Positions 26,095-38,002 of a DNA stretch of 64,000 nucleotides are shown piece by piece (the first letter of the stretch is position 1; each line of letters opens with the position of its first letter). Below the pieces are notes generated by a model, which worked only from the letters and a program-made list of their open reading frames with translations, was not told where the DNA came from and did no database searches. The stretch covers positions 29,266,001 through 29,330,000 of the forward strand of contig NC_086108.1 in assembly GCF_963921235.1 (NCBI RefSeq), in the 5' to 3' direction. The stretch comes from Mobula hypostoma. Taxonomy: Eukaryota. A program made the translations under genes and the position numbers.

Positions 26095-29000
26095 TCAGAA
26101 CCCCGCCCCAGCCTTCCCTCCATACCCCCTGACCCCCGTAGCCACAAGGGCCATATCTAACTCCCTCTTAAATATAGCCAATGAACTGGCCTCAACTGTT
26201 TCCTGTGGCAGAGAATTCCACAGATTTACCACTCTCTGTGTGAAGAAGTTTTTCCTAATCTCGGTCCTAAAAGGCTTCCCCTTTATCTTCAAACTGTGAC
26301 CCCTCGTTCTGGACTTCCCCAACATCGGGAACAATCTTCCTGCATCTAGCCTGTCCAATCCCTTTAGGATCTTATACGTTTCAATCAGATCCCCCCTCAA
26401 TCTTCTAAATTCCAACGAGTACAAGCCCAGTTCATCCAGTCTTTCTTCATATGAAAGTCCTGCCATCCCAGGAATCAATCTGGTGAACCTTCTTTGTACT
26501 CCCTCTATGGCAAAGATGTCTTTCCTCAGATTAGGGGACCAAAACTGCACACAATACTCCAGGTGTGGTCTCACCAAGGCCTTGTACAACTGCAGTAGTA
26601 CCTCCCTGCTCCTGTACTCGAATCCTCTCGCTATAAATGCCAGCATACCATTCGCCTTTTTCACCGCCTGCTGTACCTGCATGCCCACTTTCAATGACTG
26701 GTGTATAATGACACCCAGGTCTTGTTGCACCTCCCCTTTTCCTAATCGGCCACCATTCAGATAATAATCTGTTTTCCTATCTTTGCCACCAAAGTGGATA
26801 ACTTCACATTTATCCAAATTAAATTGCATCTGCCATGAATTTGCCCACTCACCCAACCTATCCAAGTCACCCTGCATCCTCTTAGCATCCTCCTCACTGC
26901 TAACACTGCCACCCAGCTTCGTGTCATCCGCAAACTTGGAGATGCTGCATTTAATTCCCTCATCCAAGTCAATAATATATATTGTAAACAACTGGGGTCC
27001 CAGCACTGAGCCTTGCGGTACCCCACTAGTCACCACCTGCAAAGGTCCCGTTTATTCCCACTCTTTGCTTCCTGTCTGCTAACCAATTCTCCATCCACAT
27101 CAATACCTTACCCCCAATACCGTGTGCTTTAAGTTTGCACACTAATCTCCTGTGTGGGACCTTGTCAAAAGCCTTTTGAAAATCCAAATATACCACATCC
27201 ACTGGTTCTCCCCTATCCACTCTACTAGTTACATCCTCAAAAAATTCTATGAGATTCGTCAGACATGATCTTCCTTTCACAAATCCATGCTGACTTTGTC
27301 CGATCATTTCACCGCTTTCCAAATGTGCTGTTATCACGTCCTTGATAACTGACTCCAGCAGTTTCCCCACCACCGACGTTATGCTAACCGGTGTATAATT
27401 CCCCGGTTTCTCTCTCCCTCCTTTTTTAAAAAGTGGGGTTACATTAGCCACCCTCCAATCCTCAGGAACTAGCCAGAATCTAACGAGTTTTGAAAAATTA
27501 TCACTAATGCATCCACTATTTCTTGGGCTACTTCCTTAAGCACTCTAGGATGCAGACCATCTGGCCCTGGGGATTTATCTGCCTTCAATCCCTTCAATTT
27601 ACCTAACACCACTTCCCTACTAACATGTATTTTGCTCAGTTCCTCCATCTCACTGGACCCTCTGTCCCTTCCTGTTTCTGGAAGATTATTTATGTCCTCC
27701 TTAGTGAAGACAGAACCAAAGTAATTATTCAATTGGTCTGCCATGTCCTTGCTCCCCATAATCAATTCACCTGTTTCTGTCTGCAGGGGACCTACATTTG
27801 CCTTTACCAGTCTTTTCCTTTTTACATATCTATAAAAGCTTTTACAGTCCGTTTTTATGTTCCCTGCCAGTTTTCTCTCATAATCTTTTTTCCCCTTCCT
27901 AATTAAGCCCTTTGTCCTCCTCTGCTGAACTCTGAATTTCTCCCAGTCCTCAGGTGAGCCACTTTCTCTGGCTAATTTGTATGCTTCTTCTTTGGAATTG
28001 ATACTATCCCTAATTTCTCTTGTCAGCCACGGGTGCACTAACTTCCTTGATTTATTTTTTTGCCAAACTGGGATGAACAATTGTTGTAGTTCATCCATGC
28101 AACCTTTAAATGCTTGCCATTGCATATCCACCGTCAATCCTTTAAGTGTCATTTGCCAGTCTATCTTAGCTAATTCACGCCTCATACCTTCAAAGTTACC
28201 CCTCTTTAAGTTCAGAACCTTTGTTTCTGAATTAACTATGTCACTCTCCATCTTAATGAAGAATTCCACCATATTATGGTCACTCTTACCCAAGGGGCCT
28301 CTCACGACAAGATTGCTAATTAACCCTTCCTCATTGCTCAAAACCCAGTCCAGAATAGCCTGCTCTCTAGTTGGTTCCTCGACATGTTGGTTCAAAAAAC
28401 CATCCCGCATACATTCCAAGAAATCCTCTTCCTCAGCACCTTTACCAATTTGGTTCATCCAGTCTACATGTAGATTGAAGTCACCCATTATAACTGCTGT
28501 TCCTTTATTGCACACATTTCTAATTTCCTGTTTAATACCATCTCCGACCTCACTACTACTGTTAGGTGGCCTGTACACAACTCCCACCAGCGTCTTCTGC
28601 CCCTTAGTGTTACGCAGCTCTACCCATATCGATTCCACATCTTCTCGGCTTATGTCCTTCCTTTCTGTTGCGTTAATCACTACTTTAACCAGCAACGCCA
28701 CCCCACCTCCCCTTCCTTCATGTCTATCCCTCCTGAATATTGAATATCCCTGAACGTTGAGCTCCCATCCCTGGTCACCCTGGAGCCATGTCTCTGTGAT
28801 CCCAACTATATCATAATCATTAATAACAATCTGCACTTTCAATTCATCCACCTTATTACGAATGCTCCTTGCATTGACACATAAAGCCTTCAGGCGCTCT
28901 TTTACAACTCTCTTAGCCCTTATACAATTATGTTGAAAAGTGGCCTTTTTTAATGCTTGCCCTGGATTTGTCGGCCTGCCACTTTTACTTTTCTCCTTAG

Positions 29001-29118
29001 TACTTTTTGCTTCTACCCTCACTTTACACCCCTCTGTCTCTCTGCACTGGTTCCCATCCCTCTGTTGTGAACTAACCTCCTCACGCCTAGCCTCTTTAAT
29101 TTGATTCCCACCCCCCAA
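26095..29118 (-). pseudogene. CR1 ORF2 (APE endonuclease plus RT), disrupted by a 1-bp and an 8-bp deletion
   Basis: NARS, GITETW, GDFN, SDH and FADD motifs spread over three ORFs. The deletions near 27472 and 27040 are seen by comparison with the sibling copies. Confidence 0.92.
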
Positions 29119-29123
29119 CCATT

Positions 29124-30059
29124 CTAGTTTAAAGTCACCTCAGTAGCCCCCGCTAATCTCCCTGCCAGGATATTGGTCCCCCGAGGATTCAAGTGTAACC
29201 CATCCTTTTTGTACAGGTCACGCCTGCGCCAAAAGAGGTCCCAATGATCCAAAAACTTGAATCCCTGCCCCCTGCTCCAATCCCTCAGCCACGCATTTAT
29301 CCTCCACCTCATCGCATTCCTACTCTCACTGTCGCGTGGCACAGGCAGTAATCCCGAGATTACTACCTTTGCGGTCCTTTTTCTCAACTCCCTTCCTAGC
29401 TCCCTATATTCTCCTTTCAGGACCTCATCCCTTTTCCTACCTATGTCATTGGTACCTATATGTACCACAACCTCTGGCTCCTCACCCTCCCACTTCAGGA
29501 TATCTTGGACACGATCAGAAATATCCCGGACCCTGGCACCAGTGAGGCAAACTACCAGCTGGGTCTCTGGACTGCGTCCACAGAATCGCCTATCTGACCC
29601 CCTTACTATCGAGTCCCCTATCACAACTGCCCTCCTCTTCCTTGCCCTACCCTTCTGAGCTACAGGGCCAGACTCTGTGCCGGAGGCACGGCCACTGTTG
29701 CTTCCCCTGGGTAAGCTGTCCCCCCCAACAGTACTCAGACAGGAGTACCTGTTGTTAAGGGGCACAGCCACCGGGGTACTCCCCATCACCTGACTTTTCC
29801 CCTTCCCCCTCCTAACCGTGACCCACTTGTCTGCCTCCCGTGGCCCCGGCGTGACCACCTGCCTTCCACTCCTCTCTATCACCTCCTCACTCTCCCCGAC
29901 CAGACGAAGGTCATCGAGCTGCTGCTCCAGTTCCGTAACGCGGTCCCTTAGGAGCTGCATCTCGATGCACTTGGCGCAGATGTAGACGTCCGGGAGGCTT
30001 GGAGACTCCAGGGCCTCCCACATCCGACACCGAGAACAGCAAACTGCCCTCACACTCAT
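29124..30059 (-). CDS. CR1 ORF1 protein (zinc finger, leucine zipper, SGNH esterase), intact, 311 aa from the first ATG
   Basis: CxxC...CxxC, a coiled coil, and esterase blocks IGDS, GTND and DGLH. Confidence 0.9.
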   Translation of the reverse strand: MSVRAVCCSRCRMWEALESPSLPDVYICAKCIEMQLLRDRVTELEQQLDDLRLVGESEEVIERSGRQVVTPGPREADKWVTVRRGKGKSQVMGSTPVAVPLNNRYSCLSTVGGDSLPRGSNSGRASGTESGPVAQKGRARKRRAVVIGDSIVRGSDRRFCGRSPETQLVVCLTGARVRDISDRVQDILKWEGEEPEVVVHIGTNDIGRKRDEVLKGEYRELGRELRKRTAKVVISGLLPVPRDSESRNAMRWRINAWLRDWSRGQGFKFLDHWDLFWRRRDLYKKDGLHLNPRGTNILAGRLAGATEVTLN

Positions 30060-30839
30060 AATGCCCCTCTCCTCAAATAACAACAGAAAATGAATGTCAA
30101 ACCTTCCTCGCCTCGCCCGCTTCCGTCTAAGCCCGGTGAGCCGAAGCCCTTAGGTCTTCACTCTGCTCCCGGCTCACTCCACCGCCCGCAAACTACGCTG
30201 CCCGCTCTATGAGGCTTTGTTCCTTTTAAATCTGCTGCGCTGCACTGCCCGACGTCACACGCCTGCGCAGTCCTGCCTCTCAGAACGCCGTTGGAGAAAA
30301 AAAATAACGAAAATTTCAAAAATGTCTTTCTCGGCACTCCCACTCAGACTCTCAGACTCCTTCTTCGAATCAAACCCGAAGCAGGATGTCTGCCCTTTCT
30401 CTTATGGGAGAGAATGATAGATTCTTGATTGGCGAGGGAATTGATAGTTATGGGGAAGGGACTGAAACAAATCAGCCATGGTTGAATGGTGGTTCAGACT
30501 TGAAGGGCCAAATGGTCTAATTCTTTTTCTTAAATTTTATAGTTATGGTTATAATTTATGACTATTCTCTCCCATTGGAATTTCAACCACTTGCTACTGG
30601 TTGATGGTTTTTTTTTTGCCGAGCAGCAGTTTGAGGAATTTTGCTCACAAGGCACTAACAGTATGAATCGGTAATAAAAATGCTGGCAAAATTAGCCTGG
30701 CTGTGAAATTTTGGGGATGTAACTCAAAAAAGTAGATAAACATTTGACTGAATTTGAACAAGTATGATGGTGGAGGAGGGGTCATAATAAACAAAACAAG
30801 AAACTTTAGTGGAATTGTTTTTTGGAAGTAAATAATTTA

Positions 30840-31130
30840 TTTTTAGATGGATACTGAAAGGCCTGGATAGACTAGGATTATGAGCTACATAGATAGGGCA
30901 GCCAATCAAACTCTTTTTCCTATGATAGGGGTTTATGTATTTGATACCTAGAACAGAGGGAGTGGTGGAATCAAATATAACCACTATCTTTGACATTTAG
31001 ACAGGCATTTAAAGAGGCAAAGTTTTGAGGGATATGGCCTTAGTGCAGGGCAGGAAAATGGGATTATTGGAGAAAGGCGCAAAAGATTGGCATGGATGGG
31101 TTGGGTCATAGGTCCATTTCTGTGCACACA
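30840..31130 (+). mobile_element. Very old CR1 3' fragment
   Basis: Degenerate sequence (tttgacatttagacaggcat...gagggatatggcct) resembling CR1 3' ends. Confidence 0.4.
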
Positions 31131-32884
31131 TTCAATGATTATATTAGGCAACAGCAAGAAGCAACGATTAAATGAAAAAAGAACAAAAAATCTAGAAGTT
31201 ATGAGAACTAACCGGAGGATGAGACAGGAAGATGAAGTATACAATTTATTTTTGTTGCTGGGACTTTTGGAGTTTGTTTTAACACTTAAATAAACAGAGA
31301 TCCAAAAGTATCCAGGCTTCCAGAATCAGCAGGAAGTTTTGAAGCTTCCACTGCTTAAAGCCAACCTGCACCTTTGAAAGGAGAGATACACTGCCGATGG
31401 AACTGCTGGGAGAAGGCCTCTCAGAGGTCCTTTGCAACTTGGTGGAACAGAGGACAAACACAGGTTGTGTTGCCTCCCTTGCTCACTCTTCTTCTTGCTG
31501 CACCTCCTGGCAAGGGCTGAGTGTACAGAGATGCACTCTACAGATTTCAGCAGACGACAGTACAGTTGTGATCCCCTGCTAGGTTCCTGCAGACTGAAAT
31601 AAAAAGCAGAAAATAACCTCAGCAGGTCAGGCAGCATGTGCTATTCAACAGAAATTTACAGTAAAGTGGCACCATTAAGTGGTAATTCTTTGTGTGCAGC
31701 TCTGATGAGAATCATCAAATATTCCTGTTTAAGACTACTGCAACTGAAATCCACAGTCACAGCCAAGGGTACTTCTGTAAGCTGCATTGTTTTAAGGAGT
31801 TTAAAAATATCTATTGATCCACAAAACTGCCGAACCTCAGATGGCAGACCCAAATTGTGGGTGCAGTTTCCCCTTTAAGAAAACAGAAATAGGGACGTCA
31901 CGCTGGTTCACAGCTAAGATTAAAATGCAGAGGCTTTAGATTTCCACCCTCAACTATCCTGCTAGCCAATGTACAGTCTCTGGAAAATAAAACTGAAGAA
32001 CTAAGAATAAGCTTGCTGAACCAGAGGGACATCAGGGACCGCTATGTACACTGCTTTATGGAAACATGCCTCACACGCACAAACTCAGACACAGGGCTGC
32101 ATCCCGATGGCTTCAGTATTCTCCACAAAGACAGGACTGCTCAGCCTTTTACACGCAGGGGTGGTGGAGTATGCTTTATAATTACTCATTGAGGTGCATA
32201 AACATGACAGTTTTTTCTCAGTCCTACTCACCTGACCTAGAACATGTAGTGGTCAAATGTTGTTCATTTTATCTGCCGAGGGAGTTTTCCATCATCATCC
32301 CGGTAGCAATGTACATTCCACCTCAGGCCGGTGTATGGAAGACACTGGAGGAGCTGAGCAATGTAATCAGCAACCATGAAACTGTGTACCCTGATGCCTT
32401 CCCTATCTTTGCAGGAGATTTTAAATAGGCCAGCTTGAAGAGGTCTCTGAACAGCTACCACCAACTTATCAACTGTGGAATCAGAGGAGTCAACATACTT
32501 GACCACTGTTATACCACCATCAACAATGCTTACCATGCCATCCCATGCCCACACTTCGGAAAATCGTGTCACCTATCTGTATTTCTACTCCCAGTGTATA
32601 GGCAGAGACTAACGATTGCAGCACCAGTGGTGAGGACCAAGATGGTATGGTCAAGGGAGGTGGAGAAGCACTTATAGGACTGCTTTGAGTCAGTGGGCTG
32701 AACAATATTCAGAGATTCATCTTTGATTCATCAGTGACACCACAGTTGTCACTGACTTCATCAAGACCTCTGTGGATGAGTGTGTGCCTTCAAGAAGATA
32801 ACAGACATGCTCAAAGCAAAATCCCTGGATGAAGCAGGAGATCTGTAATCTACTGAAGGTTACATCTGTGGCATTCAACACCGA

Positions 32885-33727
32885 AAAGCTCACTGGTAGT
32901 TCAAAAGGCAAGAAATTTGACTAAAAACATTACTGATAACACCTTTTCTGAAGTAAATTGTGGTAAATTATCACCTCAAACAATGAAGAAACAAGCAAAG
33001 GCAAAGTGAATTTGAGGGATGAGCTGTGCTGGTACATTGCAGAATCAGTGCAGATGGAGTGAGCCACTCGGAGAGGAGAAGTCGAGGCAGAGGAGTTTTG
33101 ATGCCCATACAACTGGCCCAGCTGTGAGCTTGGATAGATCCAAGTGCTGAGCTGATTTGGGGAAATTGAGAGAGGCTTCAGGTTGGGTGGCAAAATCTGG
33201 GCCCAGAATCAGTCACTGGGCGACATGGTCTAGGCCCAGAGCCTTTCACTGCAATGGTGCCCAGGTCCTAGTGTGTTGCATAATACGCTGTTTGGACAAC
33301 TTAAATTCCTGCCCAGATGGACATGAAAGACAGGATGTTGGATCGGAGGTGAGAGATGATTTCACTCGCTCTCCACAATGTTCATTTCTCTCTCTGTGGT
33401 GCTGAGGCTATGAAGACTGCCCCAGCTGCTGTGCTCCATGCCGCAAATGTAATGAACTGATACTGAGTCTTCGGGCCTACTCAAGGCTGCTCCGGGGTTT
33501 GGACCTAAGGACTCATTTTGGTTCAGAATGTTGTTGGTTGCTTCTATTGAATGCATGATTTGTGTTTTCTCCCTCCTTTCTCGGTGCACCACGTACTCTT
33601 TATTTTATTATTTTTTTAAAACTGGGTTCTTTTGAATCTCTTTGCCTTGTGTCTGACTGTAAGTAAACAAATCTCAAGGTTGTATAACTTATATGTTCTT
33701 TGATAATAAACGTACTTTGAAACTTTG
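32885..33727 (+). mobile_element. Non-coding insert ending in a Rex1-type 3' tail (SINE-like or non-autonomous retroposon)
   Basis: Interrupts the Rex1 ORF and ends aataaacgtactttgaaactttga. No convincing ORF. Confidence 0.5.
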
Positions 33728-35419
33728 AAGTTCAGAAATGACCTGCAGAAGGTTATTTTAAGGGCAAAGAAACAGTTCTGAATGAGGTTAGAGATGGAAT
33801 TGGATGCACATCATCTCTGGCAGGGTTTGTGGGCCATTACTTATGACAAGGCAAAACCTAACAGCATGAATGGCTGTAATGCTTCACTCCCAGATGAGCT
33901 CATTTATGCACGCTTTGAAAGGGAGAATAAAACTACACCTGTGTGAGTCCCTGCAACTTCTGATGACCATGTGATCTCTCTCTCTCGGAGGGCGATGTCA
34001 GAAAACTTTTCAATAGGATGACATCTCACAACGTGTCAGGACCTGGTGGTGTACCCGGTAGGGCTCAGAAACCCTGTGCCAACCAACTGGCAGGAGTATT
34101 CTAGGACATCTTCAGTCACTCACTGCTAAAGTCGGAGGTTCCCACCTGCTTCAAAAGGCAACAATCATACCAGTGCCCAGGAAGAGCAGGGTGAGCTGCT
34201 TCAACAACTATTGCTGACCGACACTCACATCTACTGTGATGAAATGCTTTAAGAGGTTTGTCACGGCTAGAATCAACTCCTGTGTAAGCAAGGACATGTT
34301 GTTGCAATTTTCCTATCGCTACAGTAGAGCTACTGGCTCTCCATGCAGCCTTGGATCACCTGCACAATAGTAATTGTTGGGGCATATTCTGGATTTACAG
34401 GATATAGCAAAATATTAACCAGCAATCAATCTTTAGACCTGAACGTAGACTGCAGATTAAATTTGAAATGCAGCTCTGGAGCACTGAGCAGCAGTTATTT
34501 GAAAAAACAGACCACGCTGATCAACGTTCATTCTGGGTGTCTGGAGTGTGGGTGCAAAGAAAGAGGTATCACAATCACGACGGACAGCTGCACCAGTTGA
34601 TATAAAAGTAGTGTGGAATGTGTGTGTGCATGTGTGTTTATGTAAGAGTCTAAACACTTGTGTGTTAATTTGGAGAGTCAGGCCACCGGTTGCGAAGGTT
34701 TTGTACTTGGCAGATGTGTTTGCGAGTTTTTACAATACATCTGTAATCTTGTTGTAACAGTTAGATGCAAAGGAATACAGAAGACATTATGAGTTCAGCT
34801 GTACATAAGTGGCTGTTTGCAGAGTACATACTCTGTGGTTTAAAATATGTACGGTTTAACTTGTACCCATCATTTATGTTTTGCATAGTGTGGGAATTAG
34901 TGTGGAGTTATTTCAGGGAGAGTTTTCACCCGGTTAGATCGGTCAGGATAACATTGATTGAGGTCAAGCAACATCCGGTTGAGATGCTTGACGATCCGAT
35001 CCAGCCCTTGACTTTATGACCATCCATAAGCCCTTCACCCTTGGGAAGAAGTGGAGCATTTTGTCAGCATTGCCCTCACTTACAGTCGCATGTGGGAATT
35101 CAGAATTCTGTTGCAAGCTCGAGGAAATGATTGAAATTCGCCAGATACAACCTAAAGATATCCATGTGCTGGTAAAGGTGAAATGCCCGAGGAATATATG
35201 GGACAGTATGGCCCAGGGGCTGCAGGATGGAATATGGGCAACTATGGGGAACACCAGCAGTGTAGAGAGATATCATTTATTTAAAGGGGAAGTGAGGCAG
35301 TGACTGGGGTGGGGAGAGGTTAGAGTAACTGGGAACAATAATGTCAGTGGTTCATAGAGCTACACACATCAAAGTTGCTGGTGAACGCAGCAGGCCAGGC
35401 AGCATCTGTAGGAAGAGGT

Positions 35420-35462
35420 GCAGACGACATTTCAGGCCGAGACCCTTCGTCAGGATTAACTG
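35420..35462 (-). ncRNA. Mirror hammerhead ribozyme motif in the left arm
   Basis: Reverse complement reads aatc-CTGACGA-agggtctcggcct-GAAA-tGTC-gtctg. Confidence 0.6.
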
Positions 35463-37029
35463 AAGGAAGAGTGAGTAAGGGATTTGAAAGTTGGAGGGGG
35501 AGGGGGAGATCAAAAATGATAGGAGAAGACAGGAGGGGGAGGGATAGAGCCGAGAGCTGGACAGGTGATAGGCAAAAGGGGATACGAGAGGATCATGGGA
35601 CAGGAGGTCCGGGAAGAAAGACAAGGGGGGGGGACCCAGAGGATGGGCAAGAGGTATATTCAGAGGGACAGAGGGAGAAAAAGGAGAGTGAGAGAAAGAA
35701 TGTGTGCATAAAAATAAGTAACAGATGGGGTACAAGGGGGAGGTGGGGCCTTAGCGGAAGTTAGAGAAGTCGATGTTCATGCCATCAGGTTGGAGGCTAC
35801 CCAGACGGAATATAAGGTGTTGTTCCTCCAACCTGAGTGTGGCTTCATCTTTACAGTAGAGGAGGCCGTGGATAGACATGTCAGAATGGGAATGGGATGT
35901 GAAATTAAAATGTGTGGCCACTGGGAATCCTGCTTTCTCTGGCGGACAGAGCGTAGATGTTCAGCAAAGCGGTCTCCTAGTCTGCATCGGGTCTCACCAA
36001 CATATAAAAGGCCACATCGGGAGCATCGGATGCAGTATATCACCCCAGTCGACTCACAGGTGAAGTGTCGCCTCACCTGGAAGGACTGTTTGGGGCCTTG
36101 AATGGCGGTAAGGGAGGAAGTGTAAGGGCATGTGTAGCACTTGTTCCGCTTACACAGATAAGTGCCAGGAGGGAGATCAGTGGGGAGGGATGGGGGGGAC
36201 GAGTGGACAAGGGAGTTGCGTAGAGAGCGACACCCCTCTCTCTGCATTCCGCAGGGATCGCTCCCTACGCAACTCCCTTGTCCATTCGTCCCCCCCAAAA
36301 CTCCCCACTGGTCTCCCTCCTGGCACTTATCCGTGTAAGCGGAACAAGTGCTACACATGCCCTTACACTTCCTCCCTTACCGCCATTCAGGGCCCCAGAC
36401 AGTCCTTCCAGGTGAGGCAACACTTCACCTGTGAGTCAACTGGGGTGATATACTGCGTCCGGTGCTCCCGATGTGGCCTTTTATATATTGGCAAGACCCG
36501 ACGCAGACTGGGAGACTGCTTTGCTGAACATCTACGCTCTGTCCGCCAGAGAAAGCAGGATTCCCAGTGGCCACACGTTTTAATTCCACATCCCATTCCC
36601 ATTCTGACATGTCTATCCACGGCCTCCTCTACTGTAAAGATGAAGTCACACTCAGGTTGGAGGAACAACACCTTATATTTCGTCTGGGTAGCCTCCAACC
36701 TGATGGCATGAACATCGACTTCTCTAACTTCTGCTAAGGCCCCACCACCCCCTCGTACCCCATCTGTTACTTATTTTTATGCACACATTCTTTCTCTCAC
36801 TCTCCTTTTTTTCCCTCTGTCCCTCTGAATATACCTCTTGCCCATCCTCTGGGTACCCCCCCCACTCCTTGTCTTTCTTCCCGGACCTCCTGTCCCATGA
36901 TCCTCTCGTATCCCTTTTGCCTATCACCTGTCCAGCTCTCGGCTTTATCCCTCCCCCTCCTGTCTTCTCCTATCATTTTGGATCTCCCCCTCCCCCTCCA
37001 ACTTTCAAATCCCTTACTCACTCTTCCTT

Positions 37030-37072
37030 CAGTTAGTCCTGACGAAGGGTCTCGGCCTGAAATGTCGTCTGC
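37030..37072 (+). ncRNA. Minimal type I hammerhead ribozyme motif (Penelope), partly degenerate
   Basis: agtc-CTGACGA-agggtctcggcct-GAAA-tGTC-gtct: core boxes intact, mismatches in stems I and III. Confidence 0.65.
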
Positions 37073-37699
37073 ACCTCTTCCTACAGATGCTGCCTGGCCT
37101 GCTGCGTTCACCAGCAACTTTTATGTGTGTTGCTTGAATTTCCAGCATCTGCAGAATTCCTGTTGGTTCATAGAGCTGATGAGTTCCTTAGATTACGCAG
37201 AATGTAAATATTGAGTATATGAGGAATATTCAGGTTTGGATAATTCAGGCAAAGACGACCCAGTCTTCCTGAAAATGCTGTGGGAAGGCCTGGGCTCAGC
37301 CCACCAAATAGTTTTTGATTTGGGTGTAGCAATCAGATCGACCTACTCCATGACAGTGTTGGGGGCCAGTGAGATAGACCAGAGCAGGGGGAAGACAAGT
37401 GGTAAAGTGGCTGTAGTGAATGTAGTTGCTATGAGGCCACAGAGAACTTACTTTGTGTGCCTGCAACTGGGACATAGCAAGGACCTGCTGGAATAGACCT
37501 GGGAGGGTAAAAGAGATGATTTGTTACAGCTGTGGCTTCTCGGGCCATGGTTGGAGACAGTGCTCTGAAAAACGAGGGAAGTGTGAAAATCACTCAGCAG
37601 AGCAGGCAGAATCCACAGCGGTGCCCTCTCTTTCTAGTATGACTGCTGACCAGATTATAGAGCAGCTGAGGTCAGAAAATGGCTGATGGCAGCCTCTAT

Positions 37700-37996
37700 T
37701 GCCGGTCGTGGTCATCCACGGATGCACACAGGAGGTTTATTAGGGGGCCAGCAATATGAACTGTTAGTGGACACAGGATAGTCGGAATCAATACTGATCT
37801 ACCCTTGCCCACTAGTGCAGAGGCTATTTACATTACCAATGCAGGAGGTGAAACAATGAGAGCAGAAAAAGGTCAGCCCCAGATACTTGAGATTGAGGGA
37901 GTGCAGCCCAAACAATGAAGGTACTATCCTGGGGATAGACACACTGAGTAAGGCAGGTGCTATCATAGGTTCAGGAAAAGGAGAAATAACATGGAC
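37700..37996 (+). pseudogene. pro: ERV aspartic protease remnant
   Basis: YELLVDTG at ~37755-37778 and ILGIDTLSKAGAII at ~37927-37968. Confidence 0.75.
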
Positions 37997-38002
37997 AAGA
38001 CA

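Larger units (their letters stand above)
25998..30378 (-). mobile_element. Full-length CR1 LINE (5' UTR, ORF1, ORF2, 3' tail)
   Basis: CpG-rich 5' UTR, two ORFs and a (CTATGTTT)n tail. Near-identical to the truncated copies at 13097 and 47397. Confidence 0.95.
35362..37163. mobile_element. Fold-back (inverted) Penelope-like element
   Basis: Arms at 35362-36230 and 36258-37130 are reverse complements. GIY-YIG motif (VIYC.RCSRCGLLYIG). 14-bp TSD TGGTTCATAGAGCT at 35348-35361 and 37164-37177. Confidence 0.92.
35016..37590 (+). pseudogene. gag: ERV gag remnant, split by the Penelope insert; two CCHC knuckles
   Basis: HKPFT...LP...F..LE capsid-like start. xFVCLQLGH/IARTC (frameshifted) and CYSCGFSGHGWRQC. 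Confidence 0.65.

Noticed and set aside
27977..28753. 258-aa plus-strand ORF, and similar ones at 13583, 26483, 29257, 48191 and 59289
   Set aside because: They are antisense shadows of CR1 ORFs, repeated in each copy.
31326..31637. Minus-strand exon after a strong-looking acceptor (tttttatttcag)
   Set aside because: The acceptor-like tract is part of a Penelope-derived terminus, and the peptide is unrecognisable.
35777..36711. Two divergent 193-aa genes
   Set aside because: They are mirror-image chimeric frames created by the fold-back; only the GIY-YIG part is genuine and it is frameshifted.
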